Notes: generated by a model not told the origin, from the letters alone. Positions 43,168 through 55,874 are shown, counted from the first letter of the stretch. The stretch: 64,000 bases of DNA from Candidatus Spongiisociaceae bacterium (GCA_965219685.1 CBDCOH010000002.1:1472001-1536000), one strand, 5' to 3'. A program made the numbers and translations.

Positions 43168-43989
43168 CTATTGATCGGTGTGCCACCACACTGTGCAGTG
43201 TCTCCCTACGCTGTCCCCGACGTACAGGCGACCGTCCCTTTCAGTGACCTTTGGCTCTAAGAGGGGCCGCAATTCGTGACGCCGGGCGATCGGCAAGGTC
43301 ACCCGTCGCCCGTAGAAGGCCAAGATCTCATCCCAGCCCTCGAACCAGAGGCTCGTGTGCCGTTCCCACCGCTCGACGTTGGGAAGGATACCAAGCTCCT
43401 CGTTGATCACCGCCACCAGATCGTCAGCCGACGGACCACCGGGACGGTCGACACCGTGAACAGCCCGGAAGAGAGGGGCGGTTACGACTCGCGGGTGCCG
43501 TTCCGTCATCTCGAGCACCACGCCACGACGGGCGGCTTCGTCGAGAGCCCTCACGAATGGGCCGATGACCGCCACGTCATAGACGACGTTGGCCGACATG
43601 GCGACGTCGGCCACGGGGACCTCCCCCGCCACCTCCGGCCATCGTCCCCGGACCAGCCGGGCGGAGACTCCGAGCCGGGCCGCCTCCTCTTCGAAACCGT
43701 CGGCCATACCGGTGTCCGGCTCCACCGCGGTGAGGTCGTTACCCCGTACCGCGAGGGGCAAGGAGGCCCGTCCCCTCCCTGCTCCGACATCGATCACCGA
43801 ACCATGCCGGCCGAGCAAGGTCCCCGCTATCTCGAGCGTGATCGGCGGCGCTCCGGAGCGAGCAGCCGCGGAGAGGCGCGCCCATACCCACGGCGCCCAC
43901 CCGTAGGGCGACTCCTCGGCGGCATCGAGTAGCCGCTGGGGGATCACCCAGGCCTCCAACTCGGCCCGCCAACGATCGACCGCCCTCAA
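43168..43989 (-). CDS. Class I SAM-dependent methyltransferase
   Basis: VIDVGAGRG, AVEP, NVVY; TTG start at 43989 after GGGAGG (start uncertain). Confidence 0.8.
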   Translation of the reverse strand: MRAVDRWRAELEAWVIPQRLLDAAEESPYGWAPWVWARLSAAARSGAPPITLEIAGTLLGRHGSVIDVGAGRGRASLPLAVRGNDLTAVEPDTGMADGFEEEAARLGVSARLVRGRWPEVAGEVPVADVAMSANVVYDVAVIGPFVRALDEAARRGVVLEMTERHPRVVTAPLFRAVHGVDRPGGPSADDLVAVINEELGILPNVERWERHTSLWFEGWDEILAFYGRRVTLPIARRHELRPLLEPKVTERDGRLYVGDSVGRHCTVWWHTDQ

Positions 43990-44407
43990 GTGACCGCCTC
44001 CCGACCGCGGGCGCCCCTCCGAACCACACCTGAAGCCGCTGGAGGCGCGAAGCCCTGTTCTCGCCCCGCGTCCGGGCCGCTCCCGGTACGGGTACCGAGC
44101 CACGTACCGAGACCCGAGACCACATTCATCATCGACGGACACTCTATCGGCCTCAGAACAACGATGACGGAGTGCGATGGGATTGTTTCCCGTCCGGATC
44201 CCGGGGAGTCCTCTTCGCAGTGGGCTCCTGCTCGGAGAGCGGCGTGTCCACACGGCGTCACAACGCCCGTAGACTGTGCGCAGATGTTCGAGTCCGGAAT
44301 CGATTGACGATGCGGCTTCCACGACCGGGTCTACGACTCTCCGAATCGTTGTGCACCGACTGCCGGGCTCATGGGCCCTGTCCGCCTCCGCGAGAGGTGA
44401 CGCGAGC

Positions 44408-44923
44408 ATGACTCCCAAGGTTTGGCTGATCGGGATGATGAGTTCCGGGAAGACCAAGGTCGGCCGGAGACTCTCCCGGCGCAGCGGCCACCCCCTCGTG
44501 GATGTGGACGACGAGATCGTGGAACGGGCCGGAATGACCATTCCCGACATATTCGCCAGCCAGGGTGAGCCCGCTTTCAGGATCATGGAAGCCGAGGAGG
44601 TGGCGCGGATCGCGGCCAGCCGCCAACGGTTGGTGGTTGCCACCGGCGGCGGTGCCATCCTCGACGGGACCAGTCGCCGCTTGATGAGGCAGACGGGTCT
44701 GGTGGTGTGGCTGCGGCCCTCCATCGCTTCTCTCATCGCCAAGGGCAAGACCCGGAACCGCCCCCTCCTGCAGGGACATGCCGACCTGGGAGCGCGGTAC
44801 ACCGAGATCTGGGAGGCCCGCAAGCATCTGTACGAGGAAACCGCCCACTTCAGCATCGCGATGGACGGAAAGAGCCGGAAAGCAGCGGCCGCCGAAGTAT
44901 GGAGACTCTGGCAGGAGTCCTGA
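44408..44923 (+). CDS. aroK: Shikimate kinase
   Basis: GMMSSGKT, D.D..I, GEPAFR, ATGGG, RPLL. Confidence 0.93.
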   Translation: MTPKVWLIGMMSSGKTKVGRRLSRRSGHPLVDVDDEIVERAGMTIPDIFASQGEPAFRIMEAEEVARIAASRQRLVVATGGGAILDGTSRRLMRQTGLVVWLRPSIASLIAKGKTRNRPLLQGHADLGARYTEIWEARKHLYEETAHFSIAMDGKSRKAAAAEVWRLWQES

Positions 44924-44949
44924 TCCGGGCGAGTCCGGCAACATTCGAT

Positions 44950-45060
44950 ACCGGGTCCGCCGGGAGCCACCGACCGGGCCAGAGGCACCTGTACCGCGAG
45001 GAGGTAAGGTTCCCCTACCGGCGGCCTCGACACCTGGTCAGGGCGCGGTGGGATGGTCCG
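44950..45060 (+). ncRNA. Candidate structured ncRNA (uncertain; possibly Ms1-like)
   Basis: Nested pairings GACCGGG/CCTGGTC and GAGGC/GCCTC, GGTAAGG/CCTACC, and a CC-GCGA-GG tetraloop; strand and ends uncertain. Confidence 0.3.
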
Positions 45061-45164
45061 TGCATGTTGATCAGCCCGTCCTTCCCGACCCGGTCCCCGA
45101 ACCGCCTGGTAGCAAGGGTGCCCCGGTGCGTGGGGCATGCGGCCGGAGGCACGGTGAGGGTCGG

Positions 45165-47786
<2,622 letters not shown>

Positions 47787-47793
47787 TCCGTCA

Positions 47794-47826
47794 CCGGTTG
47801 GCCGGTTGGCCGGTTGGCCGGTTGGA
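47794..47826. repeat. Octamer tandem repeat (CCGGTTGG)x4
   Basis: Read directly, just after the ppdK stop. Confidence 0.8.
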
Positions 47827-47859
47827 GAGTTTGAGCCCCGCGGGATCGATTCCGGAGCT

Positions 47860-48648
47860 TTATCGGAATGTGAACGTTCCCGACATCGCGGTTACATCAT
47901 CGAGGGAGGCCTCAACCCGCGCCTCCCTTCCCTCGGTCTCTGCCGCGATGTGCATCTCGACGCCCGGGTAGACGGGGCTGGAGAAGCGCACCTGAGCGGC
48001 GGACAGGTCAGCCGGGTGCACTCCCACGGCGGCCGCCACCGCACGGGCTGTCATTCCCATTGTGGCCAGCCCATGCAGGATCGGCCGGTCCAGTCCCATC
48101 CCGGCTGCCGCGACGGGATCGATATGAACGGGATGCTTGTCGCCGGTGAGCCGGTAGAGGGCCGCGGCGTCAGGTCCGATGTGGACCATGGCGGTCCAGT
48201 TCGGGACGAGCGGCGCGGGCTGCCGGGACGGTGCCGGCGGTTCTCCGCCCCAGCCTCCGATACCGGGTAGGAGGATCGTGTAGGCAGCCTGGAAACTCGG
48301 GCTCGCGACCACTATCTCGATGATCGTGAGCCTTCCCTTGTCGAAGACCGATCGGACGTAGCCGTGTGTCCGGATCGCACCAGGTCTCAACGGCTCATGC
48401 ACCGTCAGGCTCTGGCCGACATGAAGGGATCGGGTGCGGTCATAGGCGCCGAGTTCTCCGGCGGCTTCGACCGCCCACAGCCCCAGAGCGCAACCGTACG
48501 CAGGGAGAACCCGCAGATCCTGCTCGTAGACGAGGTCCAGTTGCGCAGCGGAGGCTCCGACCGCCAGCGCGTAGAGGATGGCGTCGTCGGCCGAGAAGTC
48601 GACGCGACGCGTGCCCAGGTCAAAGCCTTTCAGTTCGTTCAGGCGCAT
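47860..48648 (-). CDS. MaoC-family (double hot-dog) dehydratase
   Basis: ILYALAVG, YRLTGDKHPVH.DP, PILHGL. Confidence 0.9.
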   Translation of the reverse strand: MRLNELKGFDLGTRRVDFSADDAILYALAVGASAAQLDLVYEQDLRVLPAYGCALGLWAVEAAGELGAYDRTRSLHVGQSLTVHEPLRPGAIRTHGYVRSVFDKGRLTIIEIVVASPSFQAAYTILLPGIGGWGGEPPAPSRQPAPLVPNWTAMVHIGPDAAALYRLTGDKHPVHIDPVAAAGMGLDRPILHGLATMGMTARAVAAAVGVHPADLSAAQVRFSSPVYPGVEMHIAAETEGREARVEASLDDVTAMSGTFTFR

Positions 48649-49424
48649 CCGCTGCGATCCTTGCCGATCCCGGCCCGGTGGGCTTCAAGCGCTGCTCGAC
48701 GTGCCCGTGAGGCCACCAGAGCCTCACGTTCGGGCTGCCAGACTGCGGCATCGAACTCTTCACCGCTATCTAGCGACGCCAGCAGCGCCTTGGTCGCGGC
48801 GGTGGCGGCGGTGTCGAAAGCTCGGGCCCTCAGCAGGCTCTTGCCCGCCTCAACCGTGGTCCCCGGGCGCACGACCATCGCCGCGCCGGGCGGAAGCTGG
48901 CGGCCCGACAACTCCTGCTGGAGCACGATGAGGCGACGGAGGGTGGGCGAGCCGAGGCGAGCGTGCAGACGCGCCAACGATGACGGGTTGTAGAGGATCC
49001 CCAGGCCGGCCGCCGGCAAGGCGAGACGCGCCTCCTCCGAGATGACCACGGCATCGCAGGACCACGCCAAGTCGACAGCGGCGCCGTAGCAGGCGCCCTC
49101 AACCGCCGCGATCACCGGCACCGGGCTCAGGGTGAGGCGACGGCAGAGCGCCTCGAGCTCGTCATCGAATTCGAGATCCTCGATGGTGCCGTTCAATTCG
49201 GACAGATCCGCTCCGGCGCTGAAGCGCTCGGAGCCGCCGGTCAGCAACATGCCACTGGTGCGGGTGGTTGCCTCTCGGTCTGCCTCGGATTCGCGAGTCT
49301 CGACCGAGTCCAGGACCGACCCGATTTGGCGAATCGTCCGGCTGCCGAGGGCGTTGGCATACTCGGGCCGGTTGATCTCGACCTGCCGGATCGAGCCGTC
49401 GGTACTAGTCACGACGTCGCTCAC
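48639..49424 (-). CDS. Enoyl-CoA hydratase/isomerase family protein
   Basis: INRP..ANAL, FSAGADL, PVIAAVEG.CYG; GTGA overlap with the amidase stop. Confidence 0.85.
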   Translation of the reverse strand: MSDVVTSTDGSIRQVEINRPEYANALGSRTIRQIGSVLDSVETRESEADREATTRTSGMLLTGGSERFSAGADLSELNGTIEDLEFDDELEALCRRLTLSPVPVIAAVEGACYGAAVDLAWSCDAVVISEEARLALPAAGLGILYNPSSLARLHARLGSPTLRRLIVLQQELSGRQLPPGAAMVVRPGTTVEAGKSLLRARAFDTAATAATKALLASLDSGEEFDAAVWQPEREALVASRARRAALEAHRAGIGKDRSGCA

Positions 49425-50794
49425 TGAGATGCCAAGTTGTGCGACAGCCGAGCGAAGGGACGTACATCCAATGCTGCTTCGAGCTGCTCGGCGAGCGATA
49501 GCAACCCCGCGTCCTCCCCGTATCGTCCCACCAACTGGATCGCCACCGGGAGACCGTTGGCGAAGCCCGCGGGTAGCACTACGGCGGGATGCCCGGAGAC
49601 GTTGAAGGGCACCGCGAACGGGAAGGCCCCCCACAGCCGGTCGACCGGCTGTCCGGCGATGACCTTCGGGCGGCGTCCCAACTCGAATGCGGTGGTGGCC
49701 GTGGCAGGAGTGGCGACCACGTCGTAGTCGCGGAAGTAGCGGTCCACCCGCTTCCGGTACGGTGCCAGGGCGGAGCTTGCTGCCGCCAGTACACCTGGAT
49801 CGAGTTGCTCGGCCGCCAGCAGGGACCGCCTCTGGTACCAGGTCAGCTCGTGCGGACCGCGGAGCAGATGGCCGCGGCGTTGACCTTCCTCGGCGAGCAC
49901 GAGCGGACCGAATATCTCCTTCCAGCCTCCGATGTCGAGTTCCACAGGACTCACATAGTGGCCGCAGGCTGCCAATTGTTTGACCGCGGCCGCCAGCACA
50001 TTGCCGACTTCAGAGTCGATCGGGCGGCCCTCGGGCCTCCGGCACCAGCCGACGCGGAGCGGGCTCGGGTCGTCTCTGGTCGTCCCGGTGCCGTTGGCGG
50101 ACAGCACCGAGTGCAGGAGGCGGGAGTCGGCGGCGGTGCGAGCGAGGGGCCCGACGGAGATGAACGGGCTGAACGCGCGGTACCCTCCGCGGTCGTCGAT
50201 GGTCCCGTAGGTGGGCTTGAAGCCCACGAGCCCGCAGAACGAGGCCGGTATGCGGATCGAGCCACCACCGTCGGATCCGAGGCCGAGCGTGCAGGTTCCT
50301 GAAGCCACGGCGGCCGCCGCACCGCCGCTGGACCCGCCGGCGGTGCGGGACGGGTCGTATGGGTTGGCGGTGTCGGGACCCAGCAGGTTGTCGGTGGTTG
50401 CCGACTGGCAGAATTCCGAGACGTTGGTCTTGCCGACTATGACGGCTCCCGCCCGGCGCAGCCGGCGCACTGCGCCTGAGTCGTGCCGAGCCACGTCGTT
50501 GGCGTGGGCCAGCGAGCCGAGCGTGGTTATGTAGCCCTCGAGGTGGAAGGCGTCCTTGATCGAGACAGGAATACCGGCGAGGGGGCCGGCGCAGCCGTTC
50601 CGGTAGGCCGTCTCAGCCGCGGCGGCCTGGCGGCGGGCCAACTCGGGGGTGGCGAGGATGAATGCGTGCAGGGTCGGGTTCACCCGGACTATGCGCGCCT
50701 GAACCAGCTCGGTGACCTCGACCGGAGACAGCAAGCCGCTGCGGTAGGCCTCGACAAGCCGCTGCACCGGCCACCACAGGGGTCCCTCATCCAC
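49421..50794 (-). CDS. Amidase signature family enzyme
   Basis: SIKD, GKTN..EF, GGSSGG, GSDGGGSIRIPASFCG. Confidence 0.93.
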   Translation of the reverse strand: MDEGPLWWPVQRLVEAYRSGLLSPVEVTELVQARIVRVNPTLHAFILATPELARRQAAAAETAYRNGCAGPLAGIPVSIKDAFHLEGYITTLGSLAHANDVARHDSGAVRRLRRAGAVIVGKTNVSEFCQSATTDNLLGPDTANPYDPSRTAGGSSGGAAAAVASGTCTLGLGSDGGGSIRIPASFCGLVGFKPTYGTIDDRGGYRAFSPFISVGPLARTAADSRLLHSVLSANGTGTTRDDPSPLRVGWCRRPEGRPIDSEVGNVLAAAVKQLAACGHYVSPVELDIGGWKEIFGPLVLAEEGQRRGHLLRGPHELTWYQRRSLLAAEQLDPGVLAAASSALAPYRKRVDRYFRDYDVVATPATATTAFELGRRPKVIAGQPVDRLWGAFPFAVPFNVSGHPAVVLPAGFANGLPVAIQLVGRYGEDAGLLSLAEQLEAALDVRPFARLSHNLASQ

Positions 50795-51548
50795 GAGCCG
50801 ACACACCTCCGGAGACCGTGAACACCTCTCCGGTCACATAGCTCGCCTCGTCCGAGGCTAGGAACACGACCATGCTCGCGACATCCTCGGGCCGGCCGAT
50901 GCGGCCCAGGAACGCCTTGTCGAACAGGTAATTGCTGAAGAACTCCGGCGGGTAGATCCTCCGGAGGAAATCGTTGTAGATCAGGCCTGGGGCCACCGCG
51001 TTGACCCGCACCCCGTGGACTCCGTTCTCGGCCGCAGCCACCCGGGTTAGCGCAAGGACGCCGGCCTTGGCTGCGGAATAGGCGGCGCCGTGCTCTGCCG
51101 ACATCTCCCAGGCCGCTATCGAGGAGATGTTGATGATCGAGCCGCCGCCCCCGGCGATCATCACTTCGAGTGCGTAGCGCATACAGACGAACGTGCCGGT
51201 CAGGTCGACGTCGAGGCAGCGCTGCCAGGTATCGAGCGACATCTCGGCCACAGGCTCGATCTTCGACCAGCCTGCATTGTTCACCAGCACATCGAGCCCG
51301 CCCTTGACGGCCGCGACTTCTGCGATCACGCTGCGCACCTGATCGTGGTCGGTGACGTCGAGGATATAGCCGGCCACCTCGCGCCCCACCTCTTCGGCCA
51401 GTGCCCCGGCAAACTCGCGGCACCGTCGCTGGTGGGCGTCGGTGACGACCACGTCAAATCCGTCGTGGGCGAGCCGTCTCGCGACCGCCGCTCCGATACC
51501 GGCGCCGGCGGCCGCGGTCACCAGCGCCACGCGCGGGCTTCTTGCCAT
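50787..51548 (-). CDS. SDR family oxidoreductase
   Basis: TAAAGAGIG, NNAG, YSAAK, RVNAVAPG. Confidence 0.93.
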   Translation of the reverse strand: MARSPRVALVTAAAGAGIGAAVARRLAHDGFDVVVTDAHQRRCREFAGALAEEVGREVAGYILDVTDHDQVRSVIAEVAAVKGGLDVLVNNAGWSKIEPVAEMSLDTWQRCLDVDLTGTFVCMRYALEVMIAGGGGSIINISSIAAWEMSAEHGAAYSAAKAGVLALTRVAAAENGVHGVRVNAVAPGLIYNDFLRRIYPPEFFSNYLFDKAFLGRIGRPEDVASMVVFLASDEASYVTGEVFTVSGGVSARG

Positions 51549-52561
51549 TAGCTTCTTCTCCCTGTTGCGACTGCGGCAGTGACGGTGTCGGCCAGTCGCG
51601 CCAGGCGTTGCTCGCGCCCGCCCGACAGCAGCGCGAAGGTGATCCGGTCGATGTCGAGCTGCCAGAGCCTGCGGAGCCGGTCTACGCACGTGTCGAGGTC
51701 GCCCACCAGCGCCACCGATCTTACGAATTCATCGGACACGGTCTGCTTGTGCCCGGCCCGTAGTGAGAGGTGGTCGACTAGGTCGTACGCCTCCGCGGCG
51801 CGTTCGAACTCGGGACGGAACCTTTCCCATGCCGGCGGCATCCGTTTCCACGGGTAGAAGGTGGCCGCCTGGCTCGTGGCCCATGCTCTCACGTCGTCGA
51901 TGGCGGCCGCCTCGTCATCGGCAACCGACATGGTTACGAAGAGGTCGACGGTCAGCCGCGTGCGGTCGCGCCCTGCGGTCTCCAACCCCTGATGGATGTA
52001 GTCGAGTTGCCACGAGCAGAATTCGGGGTCTGCGGCGCCCATGAGCACCACCCCGTCGCAGGTTTCTCCGGCGAGCCGCAACATGGCCGGTTGGGAGACC
52101 GCGAGATAGATGGGAATCTGACGCTTGGCGGTTGCCAAGCGAACCTGGTTGCCGTAGAGGTCGCACTGCCGGCCGCTGAAGAGTAGACGGAACGCATCGA
52201 TCCCGGCGCGCATTTCGCCGAGCTTGGACGGTGTACCGCCCGCGCCGAGCACGGCTGACCAGCCAGCGCCGAGTCCGAGCACCGCTCGGCCGTCGGACAG
52301 CTCGTCGACCGCGGCCGTGGCGTTGGCGGTCACGGTCGGGTGGCGGGTCACGAGATTGGTGACACCCGCCCCGATGAGCACCTTCTCGGTTGACAACGCG
52401 GCCAGGTTCATGGCTGCGTAGACGTCCTTCATTCCGAGCTGGAAGTCGATGTACCACAGCGCCTCGAATCCCTTGGCCTCTACGGCACGGGCCAGTTCGG
52501 ATGTCCGGCTCAGCGGCTCGCGGGGGCTGACCCCCAAAGAAATGCCGTAGCGGTGGCTCAT
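51548..52561 (-). CDS. LLM-class flavin/F420-dependent oxidoreductase
   Basis: GVTN.VTRHP.VTA, SDGRAVLGLGAG, AGE..DGV. Confidence 0.9.
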   Translation of the reverse strand: MSHRYGISLGVSPREPLSRTSELARAVEAKGFEALWYIDFQLGMKDVYAAMNLAALSTEKVLIGAGVTNLVTRHPTVTANATAAVDELSDGRAVLGLGAGWSAVLGAGGTPSKLGEMRAGIDAFRLLFSGRQCDLYGNQVRLATAKRQIPIYLAVSQPAMLRLAGETCDGVVLMGAADPEFCSWQLDYIHQGLETAGRDRTRLTVDLFVTMSVADDEAAAIDDVRAWATSQAATFYPWKRMPPAWERFRPEFERAAEAYDLVDHLSLRAGHKQTVSDEFVRSVALVGDLDTCVDRLRRLWQLDIDRITFALLSGGREQRLARLADTVTAAVATGRRS

Positions 52562-54972
52562 GCAGCACACCTGTCGTGCAAAAGCTGCGCGAGCAGGCTC
52601 CCGTACGCGTCGGGTTGGTCGACGGAGAGGAGATGACCGGCCCCGGCCACCTCGTGGTACCGGCAGTCGTCGATGTGGTCGACGATGATCCGGGACGCCC
52701 GGCGCGGGCAGAAGACATCGCTGGATGCTCCGATGACATCCACGGGGACCTCGATCTGCGCCAGCAGCGGGTTCAGTGGCTCCGAGCGGATCCCTATCAT
52801 CGCCCGGGCGGCGTTGATGTAGCCCAGGCCGTCACCGACGGCTTCCATCCGCTTGGACGTTAGTAGGTCGATGTCGGCCGCGGTGACAACCTGTTTGGCC
52901 GTGTCATCGCGGAGCCCGGCCGCGAAGCCGTCCCGGTCGTGGGCTTCGAGTTGGGCGATACGGCGGGCGAAGAACTCGGCCGCAGCAGAACCGACCACCG
53001 ATGACGTGGCCGCCACAACCAGGTGGCGGATCGGGGTTCCCGGAGTGGATGCAGCCCTGAGCCCGATCGCGCCGCCCAGTGAGTAGCCGACGACGGCGGC
53101 AGGACCGGTCACTACACGCAGGAACGCGGCCAGGTCATCGCTCAGCTGCGAGAGGGTGCCGGCCGCCTCGCCGGGAGTTGTACGGCCGTGTCCCCGAAGA
53201 TCCGGCGCGTAGACAGCGAACTCGTCGAGATGGGTCGCAATGGCGTCCCAGGATCGGAGGTCCTCGGCCAGCCCATGTAGCAGCACTACCGGAGGTCCCG
53301 AGCCCCGGCGCAGAAAGGTGACCGATATGTCGTCCAGGTCTACGGTCCGCATCTCGCCGTGCCCCGACCCCGAGCCCACTCCGTTGGGATCCCCGGCGGC
53401 GGTCACGACGGAGGCGTTGACGAGTTCATCACGCAGCTGGTGTTTGCGTATCTTCCCGGAGGCCGTTCGTGGGAAGTGGTCGACCTGCACCAGCCGCTCG
53501 GGCCAATAGCGCCGCGGTAACCCCTGCTCAGCGCAAGCCGCGATGGCATCGTCCAAGGCGAGGGGAACGCCGGCCTGCACCACCGCGCAGATGCGCTCCC
53601 CGAGACGTTCGTCGGGCCACCCGATGACGGCCACACCGACCACGTCGGGGTGGCCGGCGATAGCGTTCTCGGTCTCGACGGGCGAGATGTTCACCGCCCC
53701 GCGGATGATCAGGTCCTTGACCCGTCCCGTGATCGACACGTATCCGTCGGGATCGATGCAGGCGAGATCTCCGGTACGGAAGAACCCGTCGCCGACGATG
53801 TGCTCTGCGTACAGTTGGGGTTGGCCGTAGTAGCCGTTGAACACCCCGGGCCCTCGCATGACGAGCTCGCCGGTCCCCGAAGCATGCAACCGCATGTCCG
53901 CGTCGAGGGTTCGCAGTTCCAGCCCGGGAAGTCCCACCCCCACGGTGTTCTCGACCTGGCTGGCGGTCGAGGAGGGCACGCAGGTGGTGAGTCCGCCTTC
54001 GGTCATGCCCCACAGGGGCGTCACGAACGTGTTCGGAAACTCGGTTCGACAGCGCCGGACAAGGGCAGGCGGCACCTGGGCTCCACCGCACAGGAAGCTC
54101 CGCAGCGAGGCCAGCTTCGGCTCGCCGCCGCGCCACGGGGCATTGGCCAGATCCATCAGGAACGGGGTCGCAGCCGCAGTGAAATCGGCGCGGTGGCGAG
54201 CCACCAGTTCCAGCGCGGCGACCGGGTCCCACTTCCGTTGGAGGACGAGCAGTGCGCCCAGGAACAACGACAGGCGGGCGCCATGAATAGCGCCGACGCT
54301 GTGACCCAGCGGTGAAGGCATGAAGACGGGCGTGCCATGGTCGAGCCTGAAACGATCGGCGAACTGCATGTTGAGCGATGCCAATGTGTCCTCGTTGTGG
54401 CTGACCGCCTTCGGGAGTCCGGTCGTGCCCGACGTGAACATCAGGTGTGCGGTGGCGGCGGGCACGTCGACGGCCTCGGTCTGGGGCACCGCCGGACCGT
54501 GCGTCGCCAGCCGGGCTCCATCCACCGCAGCCACAGCGACCTCGGTGGAGGCATCGGCGGCGGCTCGCCGGACCGCGTCAGGGCCCGACGCTCGACGGCT
54601 CCAGCCGGCGCAGACGACTAGGACCGGCCGGACCAGATCGAAGATGTAGCGCAAATGCGCCTCAGGCGTTGTGACCGGAAGCGTGGCCGGAACGTGGCCC
54701 GCTCTCAACACGGCCAGGAACACGACGACCCACTCCAAACAGTTCGGGAGAAGGACCACCACCACCCGCCGGCCCCCGCCGACGGCCCCACGGATCTCCT
54801 CAGCGACCTCACCGGACGCATCCCAGAGCTCGGACCGCGACAGCGTGTCGCCGGCGCTCACGACGGCAGGCTCGCCGGGCGCCTCGGCGACGTGCGTCTC
54901 GAATCGGTCGACCAGCCGGCGGCCTGTCCACCATCCGGCGAGCCGGTACCGCTCTGCGACGTCATCGATCAC
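52558..54972 (-). CDS. Acyl-CoA ligase (AMP-binding) fused to a C-terminal alpha/beta hydrolase
   Basis: FTSGTTGLPK, WGMTEG, RTGD, GRVKD, SGKIRK; then LLHGL, DLRGHG, GYSLGG, GH; GTG start after GGAGGAG. Confidence 0.9.
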   Translation of the reverse strand: MIDDVAERYRLAGWWTGRRLVDRFETHVAEAPGEPAVVSAGDTLSRSELWDASGEVAEEIRGAVGGGRRVVVVLLPNCLEWVVVFLAVLRAGHVPATLPVTTPEAHLRYIFDLVRPVLVVCAGWSRRASGPDAVRRAAADASTEVAVAAVDGARLATHGPAVPQTEAVDVPAATAHLMFTSGTTGLPKAVSHNEDTLASLNMQFADRFRLDHGTPVFMPSPLGHSVGAIHGARLSLFLGALLVLQRKWDPVAALELVARHRADFTAAATPFLMDLANAPWRGGEPKLASLRSFLCGGAQVPPALVRRCRTEFPNTFVTPLWGMTEGGLTTCVPSSTASQVENTVGVGLPGLELRTLDADMRLHASGTGELVMRGPGVFNGYYGQPQLYAEHIVGDGFFRTGDLACIDPDGYVSITGRVKDLIIRGAVNISPVETENAIAGHPDVVGVAVIGWPDERLGERICAVVQAGVPLALDDAIAACAEQGLPRRYWPERLVQVDHFPRTASGKIRKHQLRDELVNASVVTAAGDPNGVGSGSGHGEMRTVDLDDISVTFLRRGSGPPVVLLHGLAEDLRSWDAIATHLDEFAVYAPDLRGHGRTTPGEAAGTLSQLSDDLAAFLRVVTGPAAVVGYSLGGAIGLRAASTPGTPIRHLVVAATSSVVGSAAAEFFARRIAQLEAHDRDGFAAGLRDDTAKQVVTAADIDLLTSKRMEAVGDGLGYINAARAMIGIRSEPLNPLLAQIEVPVDVIGASSDVFCPRRASRIIVDHIDDCRYHEVAGAGHLLSVDQPDAYGSLLAQLLHDRCAA

Positions 54973-55036
54973 TGCGCTCCTCCAAACCCGGTCGGGCGCC
55001 TTGCCGCAGTATCGCAGGAACGAGCTCCTATCAAAT

Positions 55037-55054
55037 AAGTCGATGTCGGTTTTT
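55037..55054. promoter_or_regulatory. Putative TetR operator AAGTCGATGTCGGTTTTT
   Basis: Imperfect palindrome in the divergent ligase/TetR spacer; a similar site lies at 60853. Confidence 0.5.
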
Positions 55055-55193
55055 TTGTTGGGTAGACCGACGAAAAGGTAAGATCGTTCGCCCCGGGCTT
55101 GCAGGCTCGAGACGACCCGCACAGGGACCAGCAGCACAGGGCCCAGTCACGTGCCTCACAAGCGATAGACGCCCTCGACGGATGGGAGCGCCC

Positions 55194-55811
55194 ATGGCCA
55201 CCGAGCCGACCACCCCTAAAGGCCAACGGACGCGACGGGCGATCCTCGAAGCAGCGTCGAAGGTCTTCACCAGGGACGGCTACGTCGATGCCCGTATGAG
55301 CGATGTCGCAGTACAGGCCGGACTCTCCCTCGGAGGCCTGTACAGGTATTTCGATAACAAGGAAGACCTCTTCCGGAGTGTCATCCGGAACCTCCACGAG
55401 GAACTCTTCCTTAGGAGCCGGTCGTCGACACCCATCGCCGATGACCCTAAGGCCGCCCTGTTCGAAGCCAACCTCGGATACCTCCAGCACTACAGTGACA
55501 ACCGCGGCGTGCTGCGGGCATTCATCGAGGCGACAACGGTAGAGGACCGATTCACCACAATCTGGTGGACCATGCGCGAACGCCACGTCGCACGGTTCGT
55601 CCATGCAGTGGAGAACGACGAACGCGTTCAACTCGACGGACTCGATGCAGCCTCCGTGGCCCGAGCCATGGCTTCCCTGGTCGAGCAGACCGCGTACACA
55701 ACCTTCGCCCACGCCGCCCTCAACACGGCGCCCGTGGACGTGGAGACGGTAGCCCGCATCGTGACAAGAGCCTGGTACCGCAGCTTTTACGGGAGTCCCT
55801 CCACAGACTGA
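55194..55811 (+). CDS. TetR/AcrR family regulator
   Basis: TRRAILEAA..VF...GY....MSDVA..AGLS.GGLYRYF.NKE. Confidence 0.95.
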   Translation: MATEPTTPKGQRTRRAILEAASKVFTRDGYVDARMSDVAVQAGLSLGGLYRYFDNKEDLFRSVIRNLHEELFLRSRSSTPIADDPKAALFEANLGYLQHYSDNRGVLRAFIEATTVEDRFTTIWWTMRERHVARFVHAVENDERVQLDGLDAASVARAMASLVEQTAYTTFAHAALNTAPVDVETVARIVTRAWYRSFYGSPSTD

Positions 55812-55874
55812 CACCATCCGACCCGCCGCGAGGTCGAGGATGATCCCCTGCCCGCGCGGTGCCCGGCGTGCGCC

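Noticed and set aside
43990-44400. Small ORFs in the methyltransferase-aroK divergent spacer
   Set aside because: No RBS or motif support; probably regulatory, with only a few degenerate TACCGAG units.
43990-45138. 656-aa version of the methyltransferase, and the ppdK extension from 44778
   Set aside because: The extensions overlap aroK and lack recognisable sequence; downstream starts fit better.
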